64,000 nucleotides of DNA from Acidobacteriota bacterium (GTDB lineage Bacteria > Acidobacteriota > UBA6911 > JACQSX01), in assembly GCA_016211105.1 (NCBI GenBank), contig JACQSX010000029.1, forward strand, positions 5,210-69,209, given 5' to 3'. The position numbers and the translations under genes are program-made. The notes under the pieces were generated by a model. That model did not search any database. It saw only the letters and a list, made by a program, of their open reading frames with translations, and had not been told where the DNA came from. This document shows, piece by piece, positions 1 to 10,331 of the stretch (position 1 is the stretch's first letter; every line of letters starts with the position of its first letter).

Positions 1-312
1 GTCGTGAATTCTGCCGGGCGTGGTACCCAGCGCTAAAGCATACACTTCTCGCGAGGCGCCAAGGAGGGCGGTGGCCACTGGCATCGTCGCGCCTTTTACA
101 TCTTCAAACAACAGTGCAAAGCGATCCTCTTCAGGAAAACCCTGGTACACCCAACGAGTCATACAGGAGAGTTCCCAACTCGGATCCACTTCTTTCTTTA
201 CGCGATGGAGCTTTCCGCATGCCTCCAGTACGGCGATCAACTCCCGCATATCGCGGTACGTTTTACCTTCAGATAATCTCGGCGCCATTTGCTTCTCAAT
301 TACGTGTGCCAT
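1..312 (-). CDS. UbiD-family (prFMN-dependent) decarboxylase, N-terminal part; runs off the window edge
   Basis: Not in the ORF track. Manual translation from ATG 312 gives MAHVIEKQMAPRLSEGKTYRDMRELIAVLEACGKLHRVKKEVDPSWELSCMTRW...FALLFEDVKGATMPVATALLGASRE, which matches the typical UbiD N-terminus (D-R-F/L--L---G-L--I---VDP--E...LLFE-V-G---PV). It starts 17 bp after the 2Fe-2S subunit stop. Confidence 0.85.
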   Translation of the reverse strand, partial: MAHVIEKQMAPRLSEGKTYRDMRELIAVLEACGKLHRVKKEVDPSWELSCMTRWVYQGFPEEDRFALLFEDVKGATMPVATALLGASREVYALALGTTPGRIHD

Positions 313-329
313 ATTTTGCCTCTTCTACC

Positions 330-818
330 CTAGACAGTTTTGGCTCCCATCTTTGCTGCAGCGGCCAGCACGGACTCGATAATATGTTGGTAGCCGGTGC
401 ATCGACAGATGTTGCCGGCGATACCAATTCGAACTTCTTCCTCCGTCGGATTAGGATTCCTCTGAAGCAGCTCCAAGGCGGTCAGCAGAAACCCGGGCGT
501 ACAATAGCCGCACTGCACACCATGGTTTTCCCAGAACGCTTCCTGCAGAGGATGGAGTTGGCCGCCGCGCGCCAACCCTTCCACCGTAGTAATCTCCGCA
601 CCGTCTGCCTGAACTGCAAACATCAAGCAGGACCGTATCGTTTGCCCGTTGAAAAGAACCGTACAGGCCCCGCAGATTCCGTGCTCACACCCCACGTGAG
701 TGCCAACGAGCCGCAAATCTTCACGAATAAAATCCGACAAGAGCTTCCGACATCTCACCTGTCTGTCATATTTCGTCCCGTTTACCGTCACCTGAATGGT
801 TCGAAGCTCGTCAGGCAT
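330..818 (-). CDS. Mo-hydroxylase small [2Fe-2S] subunit (CoxS/HmfC-like)
   Basis: [10 protein letters not shown] and QCGYCTPG...NICRCTGY motifs. Start placed at MPDELR (RBS GGGAGAGG), overlapping the end of the FAD subunit gene. Confidence 0.93.
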   Translation of the reverse strand: MPDELRTIQVTVNGTKYDRQVRCRKLLSDFIREDLRLVGTHVGCEHGICGACTVLFNGQTIRSCLMFAVQADGAEITTVEGLARGGQLHPLQEAFWENHGVQCGYCTPGFLLTALELLQRNPNPTEEEVRIGIAGNICRCTGYQHIIESVLAAAAKMGAKTV

Positions 819-1710
819 TCTTTCCTCTCCCTTTCTCAAAACCTTTCAGCGCTCTACCGGCGGCTTTTTTAAGAGCTCTTTTCGTTAAAACGCGTAAAAG
901 ATGCTTTCTCTGATCTGCCGAAGCATGCAAATCGGTGCTAGGTTCGACCCCCTCCACCATCTGGTGCGCCGCTTGATCCAACAGCGATTCGCTAATTTCT
1001 TGACCCATGATCAACCGTTCCACTTTTGAATCTCTGTAGGGAACCTCAGAAACTCCGATTGCTGCAAGGCGGGCATCCGCACAGTTTTTTTGTTCATCCA
1101 GCGTGACAGCAGCCGTCACTCCTACAATTGCAAAATCACCGTGCCTGATTGCGAATTCTTCGAAAGCCCATCCGGTCCTGGGGCCAAGAGTCGGCAATCG
1201 AACTTCGACCATCAGTTCCGATGGATCCATGGATGTGGTCATCAAGGTGACAAAAAAGTCCTCCGCTTTTATGATTCTTTCCCCATCCGGACCCACCACC
1301 TTCATCTCCGCGTCCAAAGCCCTGGCAATGGCGGGCAACTCAGCCGCGGGATCGGCATGGCAAATACTTCCCACGACGGTTCCCCGATTCCGTATCTGCG
1401 GATGGGCGATGAACTCGGCAGTTTCCGCCAGCAGCCCGCATTTGGACCGAATGGCTTCAGAGGTTTCCAGAACGCGCTGCCGGACTAAAGCACCGATGGC
1501 GAGCTTTCCATTGACCTCCCTGACGTAGTCCAACTCCTTCACCTTATTGATGTCCACCAAGGCCGCAGGGGCGGCTAATCTGAAATTCAATAACGGCACC
1601 AGGCTTTGCCCGCCTGCTAGAATCTTGCCGTCCGAACCGTATTGCCGCATCAGGACAACCACTTCCTCCAGGGTCTTAGGATCGAAATAGTCAAAGTTGC
1701 AAGGTTTCAT
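811..1710 (-). CDS. Mo-hydroxylase FAD-binding medium subunit (CoxM/HmfB-like)
   Basis: KILAGGQSLVP, HPQIRNRGTVVGSICHADPAAELP and RHGDFA motifs. Confidence 0.93.
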   Translation of the reverse strand: MKPCNFDYFDPKTLEEVVVLMRQYGSDGKILAGGQSLVPLLNFRLAAPAALVDINKVKELDYVREVNGKLAIGALVRQRVLETSEAIRSKCGLLAETAEFIAHPQIRNRGTVVGSICHADPAAELPAIARALDAEMKVVGPDGERIIKAEDFFVTLMTTSMDPSELMVEVRLPTLGPRTGWAFEEFAIRHGDFAIVGVTAAVTLDEQKNCADARLAAIGVSEVPYRDSKVERLIMGQEISESLLDQAAHQMVEGVEPSTDLHASADQRKHLLRVLTKRALKKAAGRALKGFEKGRGKNA

Positions 1711-1726
1711 TTTGTGCTCTCAAAGA

Positions 1727-4153
1727 TCATCTTCCTACTTCAGTTGAGGACGAGTCGTGTATCAGCGCCCAGACCCGCTTAGGCGTTAACGGCAATTCCG
1801 TCACCTTGACTCCCAACGGAGCCAGCGCATCGGCGACGGCATTCGCAATCAGTACCGGAGCCGTCTCACTGCTGCTCTCCCCTGCTCCCTTCGATCCCAA
1901 AGGTGTGAACGGAGAAGGCGAGCAAACATGACCAATTTCCAGCTTGGGAGCCTCCGCTGCCGTGGGGACGAGATAATCCATGAAACTACCAGTCAAAAAC
2001 TGCCCCTCCTGGTCGTACACAAGCTCCTCGAAAAGAGCTCCGGCTACGCCATGCAGCGCTCCCCCATAGATTTGTCCTTCTACGATCTTCGGGTTAATGA
2101 TTGTTCCTGCGTCATGGACGCTGATATATTTCAGGATCTTCACTTGGCCGCTGTCGCGATCCACCTCTACCGCCGCAACCTCGGCCATAAATCCATAGGT
2201 ATTTGAAGAGTTGACCCTGTCTTTCGAATCAGGAGCGTCTGCCATCGGAAAATGAAAAACTCCCCTGGCCTCAAGGCCCGGCTCCATCCCTTCGGGCAGC
2301 CGCAGTAGGTCCCAATGCGCCGTTCCTGCCACACGTTTCAAGGAGATATTTCTTTTCGGATCCTGACGAACGAAAATCTTGCCCTGGCCAAGTTCCAGAT
2401 CCTGGGGAGAGACCTTCAAAGTATGAGCGGCGATCTGAAACATTTTTTCTTTGATTTTCCGCGCTGCGATCACTACCGCACTGGTACCAACCGAGGCAAA
2501 ACGGCTGGAATATGTTCCCGATGAAACACTCCAAGGACTTTCCGACGTATCAAAATCATCAACAACCACCACGTCATCGGGTGACACCCCGAGCTCATCG
2601 GCGATGATTTGTGCCACAACCGTCTCGTGACCTTGTCCTTGTGGGGTGGAATTCATCAGGACCGTCACACCGCCCAGCGGATCCATCCTTACCGTTGCCG
2701 CTTCAACGGCCCCTGACTTTGGCAGATATTCCGGTTGCGACCGAACTTCTGCGGGCATGGCGACCGTGATGTACCCCATGTTGGACACCGACGGGTCCAC
2801 ACCCACTGCAATACCAATGCCGAACAGGCGACCCTCTTTTCGCGCCTTCTTCTGTTCTTCGCGCAACTTTTCATACTGGCTCATCTCAAGCGCAAGCTTC
2901 AGGGCCTTGGGATAATCTCCACTGTCATAAATGCCTCCCGAAGGCGTGACATACGGGAAGGCATCAGCAGGGATAAAGTTACGAAGTCGAATTTCGGCCG
3001 GATCCAAACCCAACTTCTCCGCGGCCATATCCATCATTCGTTCCTGTTCGAAATAAATTTGATGACAGCCGTATCCCCGGTTGGGTCCGGTTGGACATTT
3101 GTTCGTCATCATATCGTAGGCGTCTACACGTAAGTTTTTTACCTTGTAAGGTCCCACGTAATTACCAATCGGTCGAAATGTCGTGGCCGGTTCCGGCGCG
3201 CGCAAATAAGCTCCTACGCCGTCAATAATCTTGGTCTTGATCGCAAGCAGGGTACCATCCTTCCTCATCGCAACTTCGCGGTAAGAAACCCGATCCGTCT
3301 GACTCGAACTCGCCATAAGGTGTTCTTGCCTGTCTTCGATCCACTTCACTGGCCGGCTTGCTTTCATCGCAGCCAAACCAATGAGCGCGATGTAAGGATA
3401 AATGCTGGACTTGATTCCGAAACTTCCCCCGATATCTTTTGCAATGATAAACCGAAGTTTATTTTCAGGAATATTCAGGGCCATCGCCGTAACAGGATGC
3501 AGCGTAAATGGGCCCATAAAGTTCGACCACACGGTCAGCACCCCGCTCGACGAATCGTAATCGGCAATCACCGCATAAGTTTCCAACGGAACAGAGCTGT
3601 AACGCGGAAAAACAAAACGTTCTTTAAGCACCAGATCCGCTTCTGCAAAAGCGCGATCCACCTCGCCATAGTCAAGTAAGCGATGACACGAAATGTTGTT
3701 GCCAACCTCCTCATGCAGAATCGGGGCGCCGGGCTCCAAAGCAGCCTCGGGATCGACCACGGGAGGAAGGGGTTCATAATCGACACGAACCAAGGCGGCC
3801 GCGTCCTCGGCCACGTATCGATCTGTAGCAACCACCACGGCAACGGGTTCGCCCACATAGCGCACCTTCTTAACCGCTGCACAATAGTATTTGAAAGGTG
3901 TCTTGACCACCACCGAGAAGGGTCGCGTCTTTTGAACCACGTCTTCGCCTGTCACCACCTCAACCACACCTGGATATTTCAAAGCTTCGCTAGCGTCGAT
4001 CGCCAATATGTTGGCATGCGCGTGGGGACTTCTCAGGATAGCGGCATGGTAAAGGTTGGGCAGCGTGATGTCGTCGACGAAAGTTCCCCGCCCCGTCAGC
4101 AAGCGGGGATCCTCGTGTCGTTTGACATTCTTACCTATCCAGGTCTTGCTCAT
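1727..4153 (-). CDS. Mo-hydroxylase molybdopterin-binding large subunit, 2-furoyl-CoA dehydrogenase (HmfA)-like
   Basis: EDPRLLTGRG, RSPHAHA, GGSFGIK, PQGQGHET and KGAGES motifs. The active-site loop is PNRGYG, with a PSVSNMGYIT insert and SSGTYSSRF, as recalled for the HmfA clade. It has no CoxL AYxCSFR or AYxGAGR motif. Confidence 0.9.
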   Translation of the reverse strand: MSKTWIGKNVKRHEDPRLLTGRGTFVDDITLPNLYHAAILRSPHAHANILAIDASEALKYPGVVEVVTGEDVVQKTRPFSVVVKTPFKYYCAAVKKVRYVGEPVAVVVATDRYVAEDAAALVRVDYEPLPPVVDPEAALEPGAPILHEEVGNNISCHRLLDYGEVDRAFAEADLVLKERFVFPRYSSVPLETYAVIADYDSSSGVLTVWSNFMGPFTLHPVTAMALNIPENKLRFIIAKDIGGSFGIKSSIYPYIALIGLAAMKASRPVKWIEDRQEHLMASSSQTDRVSYREVAMRKDGTLLAIKTKIIDGVGAYLRAPEPATTFRPIGNYVGPYKVKNLRVDAYDMMTNKCPTGPNRGYGCHQIYFEQERMMDMAAEKLGLDPAEIRLRNFIPADAFPYVTPSGGIYDSGDYPKALKLALEMSQYEKLREEQKKARKEGRLFGIGIAVGVDPSVSNMGYITVAMPAEVRSQPEYLPKSGAVEAATVRMDPLGGVTVLMNSTPQGQGHETVVAQIIADELGVSPDDVVVVDDFDTSESPWSVSSGTYSSRFASVGTSAVVIAARKIKEKMFQIAAHTLKVSPQDLELGQGKIFVRQDPKRNISLKRVAGTAHWDLLRLPEGMEPGLEARGVFHFPMADAPDSKDRVNSSNTYGFMAEVAAVEVDRDSGQVKILKYISVHDAGTIINPKIVEGQIYGGALHGVAGALFEELVYDQEGQFLTGSFMDYLVPTAAEAPKLEIGHVCSPSPFTPLGSKGAGESSSETAPVLIANAVADALAPLGVKVTELPLTPKRVWALIHDSSSTEVGR

Positions 4154-4428
4154 TGGTTAGCCTCCGTTGATGGATCGAAGCTGCCCTAAAAAGTCCAGGC
4201 TGCCAGAGGAAAGTTCTACTCAGATTCCGCGGATGCTGGAGGTTAGACGCGAAGGTACTATTTCCCGCAGCTAACCCGTGGACTTGACGGTTCTTCTTAT
4301 CGCTCTTTTCTCTCATTTCCGCCCCACGCAAAGGCGTAACAATAAAACCGCGAGGCTTTTCAAGTCAAGCGGAACCGACGAGCCAACTCCCCATTTTCGA
4401 TCTACTTCACCTTGACTGGGCTGCACAA

Positions 4429-5253
4429 TCAGCAATCGTGAGGCTTCATCCCTTTTCGGATGAGAATGAGAGTGCGGTCATCGGTCTGACCCACATCCCT
4501 ACTAAACGTCTCCACGTCTTTGAGTATGGCGTCGAACAGTCCCTGAGAACTTAGATTGCGATGAACCGCAACCACTTTTTCCAGACGTCCATAGCCATAC
4601 TCCCTACCTGTACAGTCCATGGCTTCTAGGATCCCATCGGTACAACAGACCAGCACATCATCCTTTTCCAGAAAGGCTTCGCCCACCTGGTACTCATGCG
4701 GAGGATCCGGAAAGACTCCCAGGACGGGACCACCCCTGTCCAGCGGCACAACTTTCTCCTTCTTGAAAAGCAGCGGGCTGGGATGTCCGGCATTCATATA
4801 GCGGATCGTGCCGCTCAACTGAAGCTCGCTATAAAAGGCAGCGATGAACTGGTTGGGCTCTGAAGAGCGGAACATTCGGCGGTTAATCTTTGTAAAAAGG
4901 AGCGGCGTGGTGTTCTGGACATAGAAGGATTGAAAAGATATGGCCGTATGCAAAGCGGTGTTGAAATCTCGGATGAGCATAGCAGCCGCGAGACCGTGGC
5001 CGGCGGCATCGGCGATAACGACTCCCATCTTTCCCTGAATTCCAAAGCGCCTCTCTAGATCAATAAAACTGTAAAAATCTCCGCCGACTACGGCGCTCGG
5101 TAGCGTCTTGCCGACCATGTCATACTCGCCAAAAACCGTGACTCGTTCCGGGTCGGGCATAATATGGCGCTGCATCGCGGCCACGGAGATAACTTCTTCC
5201 TTAATTTCTTGTAGTGGTATGGCACTGACATCTGAACGGTCTTTTTCATCCAT
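4429..5253 (-). CDS. Stand-alone PP2C/SpoIIE (RsbU-like) Ser/Thr phosphatase
   Basis: VGGDFY, IADAAGHG, NAGHPSP, TDGILE and DDRT motifs; no sensor domain. Confidence 0.9.
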   Translation of the reverse strand: MDEKDRSDVSAIPLQEIKEEVISVAAMQRHIMPDPERVTVFGEYDMVGKTLPSAVVGGDFYSFIDLERRFGIQGKMGVVIADAAGHGLAAAMLIRDFNTALHTAISFQSFYVQNTTPLLFTKINRRMFRSSEPNQFIAAFYSELQLSGTIRYMNAGHPSPLLFKKEKVVPLDRGGPVLGVFPDPPHEYQVGEAFLEKDDVLVCCTDGILEAMDCTGREYGYGRLEKVVAVHRNLSSQGLFDAILKDVETFSRDVGQTDDRTLILIRKGMKPHDC

Positions 5254-5625
5254 GGGTCGAAATGTGGCGATCGGGTCCGTGCCTCCTCCAGACGAGGCAC
5301 GGCGGCGGAACTCTTACGAGCGTCCTTGGATCCACCAGCGCGATCCTTTCAATCGCAGAATCTGCCCACCCCGCACTGCTTATCATCACATATTCTCGCA
5401 GAATGTCCAATCTCTCCCATGGGTAGCTCTTCGTATGTCATCGATCCGAGACGGGGGCTCTGATCTGATGATCTGACTCAAAGATTTGATTTCCGGAACG
5501 GAAGGTGTATAAAGGATGTTTTGGAAAACGCGGTCGCCCTGGCAGGCAGCCAGTCAGAGGTCTTTCTAAGTCGAGTCAAGTACCGTTTTCCCGACGGAGT
5601 CAACAAATGCTGGACGGAGGTTTGC

Positions 5626-7605
5626 TTGAATTCAAAAAAACAAACAAAAAAGGTTAACCTTTACTTAATCAAGCCTTCTAAATACGACGACGAAGGCTAT
5701 GTGCTCCGTTATTTTCGAGGGGTGCTTCCCAGCAACACCCTAGCGTGCCTAGCAGCTCTCACCGAGCGGGTCCTGGAGCAAGGCCTGCTGACCGCAGTCG
5801 ACATCCGGATCACCCTGATCGACGAAACGGTTTCGCGAGTAGACTGTGACAAGATCTGCCGCTCGCAGCGGGGCAACCAAAAAACAATTGTGTGTCTGGT
5901 GGGTGTGCAAACCAATCAGTTTCCCCGAGCCGCTGATTTGGCCAAGACATTCCGACAAGCCGGTCTCACCGTGCTTATCGGGGGTTTTCATGTCAGCGGC
6001 CATTTGGCAATGCTTCCGAACATCCCCGGCGACATCCAGGAACTGTTTGACATGGGGGTAAGCGTCGTCAAAGGTGAGGTGGAAGAAAGCTGGAGTTCTA
6101 TCTTACAGGATGCCGTCAAGGGCCAGCTCCAGTCACTGTATGACTTTATTGACGACAAGCCAGACCTGTACACAGCTCCTGTTCCTCTGGTTCACCACGG
6201 CTATCTCAAGAAGTTTGTTTCGTCCAACTTTGGCACCGTTGACTGCGGCCGCGGCTGCCCTTTCAACTGCAGCTTCTGCACAATCATCAATGTCCAGGGG
6301 CGCAAAATGCGATTCCGCTCAGCGGAGACGATTGCGGCGGCAATTCGGGAAAACTATTTCCATAAAAAGATTAACTTCTATTTTTTTACAGATGACAACT
6401 TCGCGCGCAACAAAAATTGGGAATCCATCCTCGAGGCCCTGATCGATCTGAGAGAAAAGGAAGGCATCCCGGTGCAATTCATGATGCAGGTCGATGTGCT
6501 GTCCTACAAGATCAAAAACTTCGTGGAAAAGGCGCGGCGCGCCGGATGCTCACAAGTTTTCATCGGCATGGAAAGCATCAACACCGACAACTTGAAAGCC
6601 GCTGGCAAGAACCAAAACAGCGCGGAGGACTATCGCAACCTGATCGAAGCCTACCGGACTGCAGAGATCGCAACTCATGTGGGTTACATTCTGGGCTTGC
6701 CATTTGACACTCCGGATTCTATCCGCTGTGATTTGCAGCGTTTGATGCACGAGGTGCAAGTTGATCAGGCATCGTTCTTCATTTTCACTCCCCTCCCCGG
6801 TTCGCGCGATCACCTTGAATTCACACAGCAGAACATTTACATGGACCCAGACTTCAACAAGTACGATTCTTTCCATGAAACGATGCTCCACCCGAATTTT
6901 CCTAAGGAAGGCGACCTGCTGGCCGTCTATCACGAAGCGTGGCGAACCTTTTACAGTTTTGACAACATGCGGCGGGTCTTGCACCGCGCTTCGGAGCAAA
7001 ATTACTGGAACATCTTCCGCAACTTTTTGTGGTATAAGAGCTCGGCGCTCATTGAAAAACACCATCCCATGATGGCCGGTTTCTTCCGCTGTAAAGGGCG
7101 CACCAATCTCCGCCCGGACGTCGAACCACTTCCACGATTGGCGTATTTGAACAAACGGATTGGGGAAATCCGACACCTGGCCGGTGAGAGTTTTAAGCTG
7201 CTTCTCGAGATGCAGCTTCTCTGGTTGGAGACGCGCAAGTATACCGAAACGGAAAGAAAGATCATGGAAGAACTACGCCAGTTGCGGCATGGAATTTACG
7301 GCAAGGTCCGCTTGACCGAATTGCGCCTAGCGTATGCGCGCGCCCGGCTGGGCTTTCCGTCGTTACAGATTCCTTCCGGTTTCCGGTTGTTTGTACAACG
7401 ATGGAATCCATTTACACTTGATGGAAACTTCTATCTCAGTGAGGATGTCCTGAATTTCTGGCAGCGCACGCTGGAGGACCTCAAACATGGGCGGCTGTCC
7501 AAGATTTCTCCTCCATTGCTTTTCCGCCGGCTGTGGCTGGACACGAAGCTGACGGTGCATTTCACACTAGACTGGATGCGGTGCCCGGCAGCCGATTCAA
7601 GGTAG
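5626..7605 (+). CDS. B12-binding-domain radical SAM protein
   Basis: CPFNCSFC cluster motif, GGFHVSG, KGEVE, FFTDDNF, FIGMES and TPLPGS. The TTG start at 5626 follows GGAGG; the ORF track extends to 5521. Confidence 0.88.
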   Translation: MNSKKQTKKVNLYLIKPSKYDDEGYVLRYFRGVLPSNTLACLAALTERVLEQGLLTAVDIRITLIDETVSRVDCDKICRSQRGNQKTIVCLVGVQTNQFPRAADLAKTFRQAGLTVLIGGFHVSGHLAMLPNIPGDIQELFDMGVSVVKGEVEESWSSILQDAVKGQLQSLYDFIDDKPDLYTAPVPLVHHGYLKKFVSSNFGTVDCGRGCPFNCSFCTIINVQGRKMRFRSAETIAAAIRENYFHKKINFYFFTDDNFARNKNWESILEALIDLREKEGIPVQFMMQVDVLSYKIKNFVEKARRAGCSQVFIGMESINTDNLKAAGKNQNSAEDYRNLIEAYRTAEIATHVGYILGLPFDTPDSIRCDLQRLMHEVQVDQASFFIFTPLPGSRDHLEFTQQNIYMDPDFNKYDSFHETMLHPNFPKEGDLLAVYHEAWRTFYSFDNMRRVLHRASEQNYWNIFRNFLWYKSSALIEKHHPMMAGFFRCKGRTNLRPDVEPLPRLAYLNKRIGEIRHLAGESFKLLLEMQLLWLETRKYTETERKIMEELRQLRHGIYGKVRLTELRLAYARARLGFPSLQIPSGFRLFVQRWNPFTLDGNFYLSEDVLNFWQRTLEDLKHGRLSKISPPLLFRRLWLDTKLTVHFTLDWMRCPAADSR

Positions 7606-7608
7606 CCG

Positions 7609-8697
7609 ATGAAAACGGACATCTTGATCGTTGGGTCCGGCTTTGCCGGAACAGCGACCGCTTACCACCTCAGCCGTTCGTATTCAGGTTCAATCCTCCT
7701 CGTGGACAAGGAGGAAATACCCGGCTCCCATGCCTCCGGCCGTAACGCTTCCTTGATCCTCCAGTCAACGGAAATCGCTGAAATCCGCCACGCAGTGGCC
7801 GTCAGCCGGCGATTCTATGCCGCAAACGAACATCTCCACTTTCATCCGTGCGGTTCTCTACTGCTTGGCACGAAGGATCAACTGGAGAAAGTGCGCCAAC
7901 CCGAATCCGTTGACTCTGAGTATGAACAACCAAGTGTCATTTACGATCAAATTTCCGTTCTCGAGGGACATGTATTTGAAGCGGCTCTCCGTACACCCTC
8001 AGATGGAGTGATCGACATTTCCACGTTGCTGCAATTTTATCTCGCGCAGGCCCAGGAGCGAGGAGTACAAGTACGGGTGAGCTGCGAGGTGCTAAGTATC
8101 AAACGGAACAGCGCTTACCTGGTTCAAACCTCAACCGGAACCATTGAAGCTAATTGTGTGATCAATGCGGCCGGCGCGTGGGCGCCCCAGATTGCTGAAA
8201 TGGCCGGTGCTTCCGTGTTGCCTCTCGCTCCCCTCAAAAGGCATTTATTTATCCTCGGGCATGTTACAGAGGCAACGTCAAATTGGCCTTTCGTTTGGGA
8301 TCTGAAACAAAATTTTTACTTCCGTCCCGAAGTTGGGGACCTGCTCTTCAGCCTATGCGATGAAGAAAGAACCGATCGCCTGATAGAATCGGTTAGCCCT
8401 GAAATCTCGCAGTCTCTCGCAGAGCTGATTTGGCACGAATTACCCGCTTTGCGTCAGGCATTTCAAAAGCGCGTCTGGTCCTGCTTCCGCACCAAAGCCA
8501 GCGACGGACGCTTCGTAATCGGATGGGACCCTCGGGCTGAGAATTTTTTCTGGGTGGCAGGGTTGGCCGGCCACGGAGTCGGTGCTAGCTGGCATGTGGG
8601 TCGACTGGCTGCGGCAAAGCTCCTCGGCAGGAGAGACCCCGAAATGGACGCTTTCAATCCGCGTCGATTTGAGCCCATCCGAATGCAAAGCGGTTGA
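7609..8697 (+). CDS. FAD-dependent oxidoreductase, DAO/glycine-oxidase family
   Basis: IVGSGFAG Rossmann motif, ASGRNAS, INAAGAWA and GLAGHG; starts 3 bp after the radical SAM gene. Confidence 0.9.
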   Translation: MKTDILIVGSGFAGTATAYHLSRSYSGSILLVDKEEIPGSHASGRNASLILQSTEIAEIRHAVAVSRRFYAANEHLHFHPCGSLLLGTKDQLEKVRQPESVDSEYEQPSVIYDQISVLEGHVFEAALRTPSDGVIDISTLLQFYLAQAQERGVQVRVSCEVLSIKRNSAYLVQTSTGTIEANCVINAAGAWAPQIAEMAGASVLPLAPLKRHLFILGHVTEATSNWPFVWDLKQNFYFRPEVGDLLFSLCDEERTDRLIESVSPEISQSLAELIWHELPALRQAFQKRVWSCFRTKASDGRFVIGWDPRAENFFWVAGLAGHGVGASWHVGRLAAAKLLGRRDPEMDAFNPRRFEPIRMQSG

Positions 8698-8851
8698 CTC
8701 TCGCAATATCAGCGGGCGACTTTGAGAATTTTTGACCTTGACAAACGGGGCGTGAGTACTTAGCTTTGTCGCTTCTTTTCCCATGGTTTCCGAGTAAAAA
8801 AGCTATGACGGGAGAAAATTGTCCTTCTGCGATTTCAAGTGAGGTTGAACA

Positions 8852-10213
8852 TTGGATGAGCCTAGATTGAACCAAACCGCAGCGAACTCCAGAGATATAC
8901 GCGTGAATCCGTTTGAGGTCCCGTGGTGGAGAGAGATCACCAATTATCAGTGGATCGTCCTACTCGTCGCCTGGTTGGGATTCATGTTCGATTTGATGGA
9001 TTCCACCTTGTATACGATGGTGATGGTGCCAGCAGTGAAGGAACTGCTGGGTGGAACCGTTTCCACCCAGACGATTGGCTGGTACGGAGGGCTTGTCTTC
9101 GCCATTTTCCTGGTGGGCTGGGCCTCGGGGGGTATCTTTTTTGGCATTTTTTCTGATTACTATGGGCGCAGGACAGCGCTCATGATCACGATTTTGATGT
9201 ACGCGCTGTTTACAGGGCTATCGGCGATTTCGCACACCTGGTGGGAGTTAGGCATCTATCGTTTTCTTACCGGACTAGGAGTTGGCGGCGAGTGGGCGGC
9301 CGGCGCCGCCTTGGTAGCAGAAACCTGGCCTGAGAGGGCACGCACAAAGGCAGCCGCCATCCTCCAGATGTCGGGAGGCGTAGGATACTTTCTTGCTGCA
9401 TTCATTAACTTGCTCGTGGGTGGATATAGCTGGCGTTGGGTGTTCGTCGTCGGAGCTCTCCCAGCGTTGCTACTTTTGCTCCTGCGCTGGTTCGTCAAGG
9501 AGTCGGAGCGGTGGTTGGAAACGAAGGCATCTTCTCACGCCACAGCGGGAGGCGAGACCGCACTGGCTGCCTCCTTCCCCAAGCGCTCCACCTTGAGCCA
9601 GATCTTCAGTAAAGAGCTCAGACGCGACACAATGGTTGGGTCCGTGCTTGCAATCATCGCCACCCTCGGTTTCTGGGCTGTCACCTCATGGGTTCCTGCC
9701 TTGATTGGAGACCGTTTGGCTCATGGCACTGAAAAGCTTGACGCGGCAAGCATCAGCAGATATGTCAGCTACGCCAGCATGGTGATGATACTAGGCTCAA
9801 TCGTCGGCTACCTACTCATGGGGGTCCTGGCTGACCTCTGGGGTCGCAAACTCGCATTCCTGGCTTACTACTTAGGAGCCGCGGTTTTTATACCGTTGAC
9901 GTTCTTACTTCCCTGGTCGTTCTCCACCATGATTTGGTTTTTACCCCTGATAGGATTATCTACCATGGGAATTTTTTCTGGATTTCCCATTTATCTACCT
10001 GAATTGTTCCCGACTCATCTGAGGGGCACGGGATCCGGCTTCTGTTTCAACATCGGCCGAGTGGTAGCGGCGTTTGGTCCCCTCATGACAGGTACCATCG
10101 TGATGTATTCCGGATCGTTCGCCAAGGCAATCAGCATTCTTGGCCTCATTTATCTAGTCGGACCGATTACTCTGCTTTTCGCACGCGAAACTAAAGGGCA
10201 ACCCTTGCAATGA
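8852..10213 (+). CDS. MFS transporter (aromatic acid/sialate:H+ symporter-like)
   Basis: SDYYGRR, GLGVGGEW, ADLWGRK, ELFPTHLRGTG and ETKG motifs; about 12 hydrophobic segments. Confidence 0.92.
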   Translation: MDEPRLNQTAANSRDIRVNPFEVPWWREITNYQWIVLLVAWLGFMFDLMDSTLYTMVMVPAVKELLGGTVSTQTIGWYGGLVFAIFLVGWASGGIFFGIFSDYYGRRTALMITILMYALFTGLSAISHTWWELGIYRFLTGLGVGGEWAAGAALVAETWPERARTKAAAILQMSGGVGYFLAAFINLLVGGYSWRWVFVVGALPALLLLLLRWFVKESERWLETKASSHATAGGETALAASFPKRSTLSQIFSKELRRDTMVGSVLAIIATLGFWAVTSWVPALIGDRLAHGTEKLDAASISRYVSYASMVMILGSIVGYLLMGVLADLWGRKLAFLAYYLGAAVFIPLTFLLPWSFSTMIWFLPLIGLSTMGIFSGFPIYLPELFPTHLRGTGSGFCFNIGRVVAAFGPLMTGTIVMYSGSFAKAISILGLIYLVGPITLLFARETKGQPLQ

Positions 10214-10331
10214 GCTCGGGGCAGAAACATCCAGTCCAAACTTCGTGACGCTGCAATTCCGCTCAGGCCATTCTCCTTCGTTGATTCTGCGGCAAATTAC
10301 GCAAATTCTTGGATCAGACAGTTAGATAAAA

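Noticed and set aside
1727-4153. Aerobic CO dehydrogenase CoxL
   Set aside because: It lacks the AYxCSFR (form I) and AYxGAGR (form II) motifs; the loop is PNRGYG.
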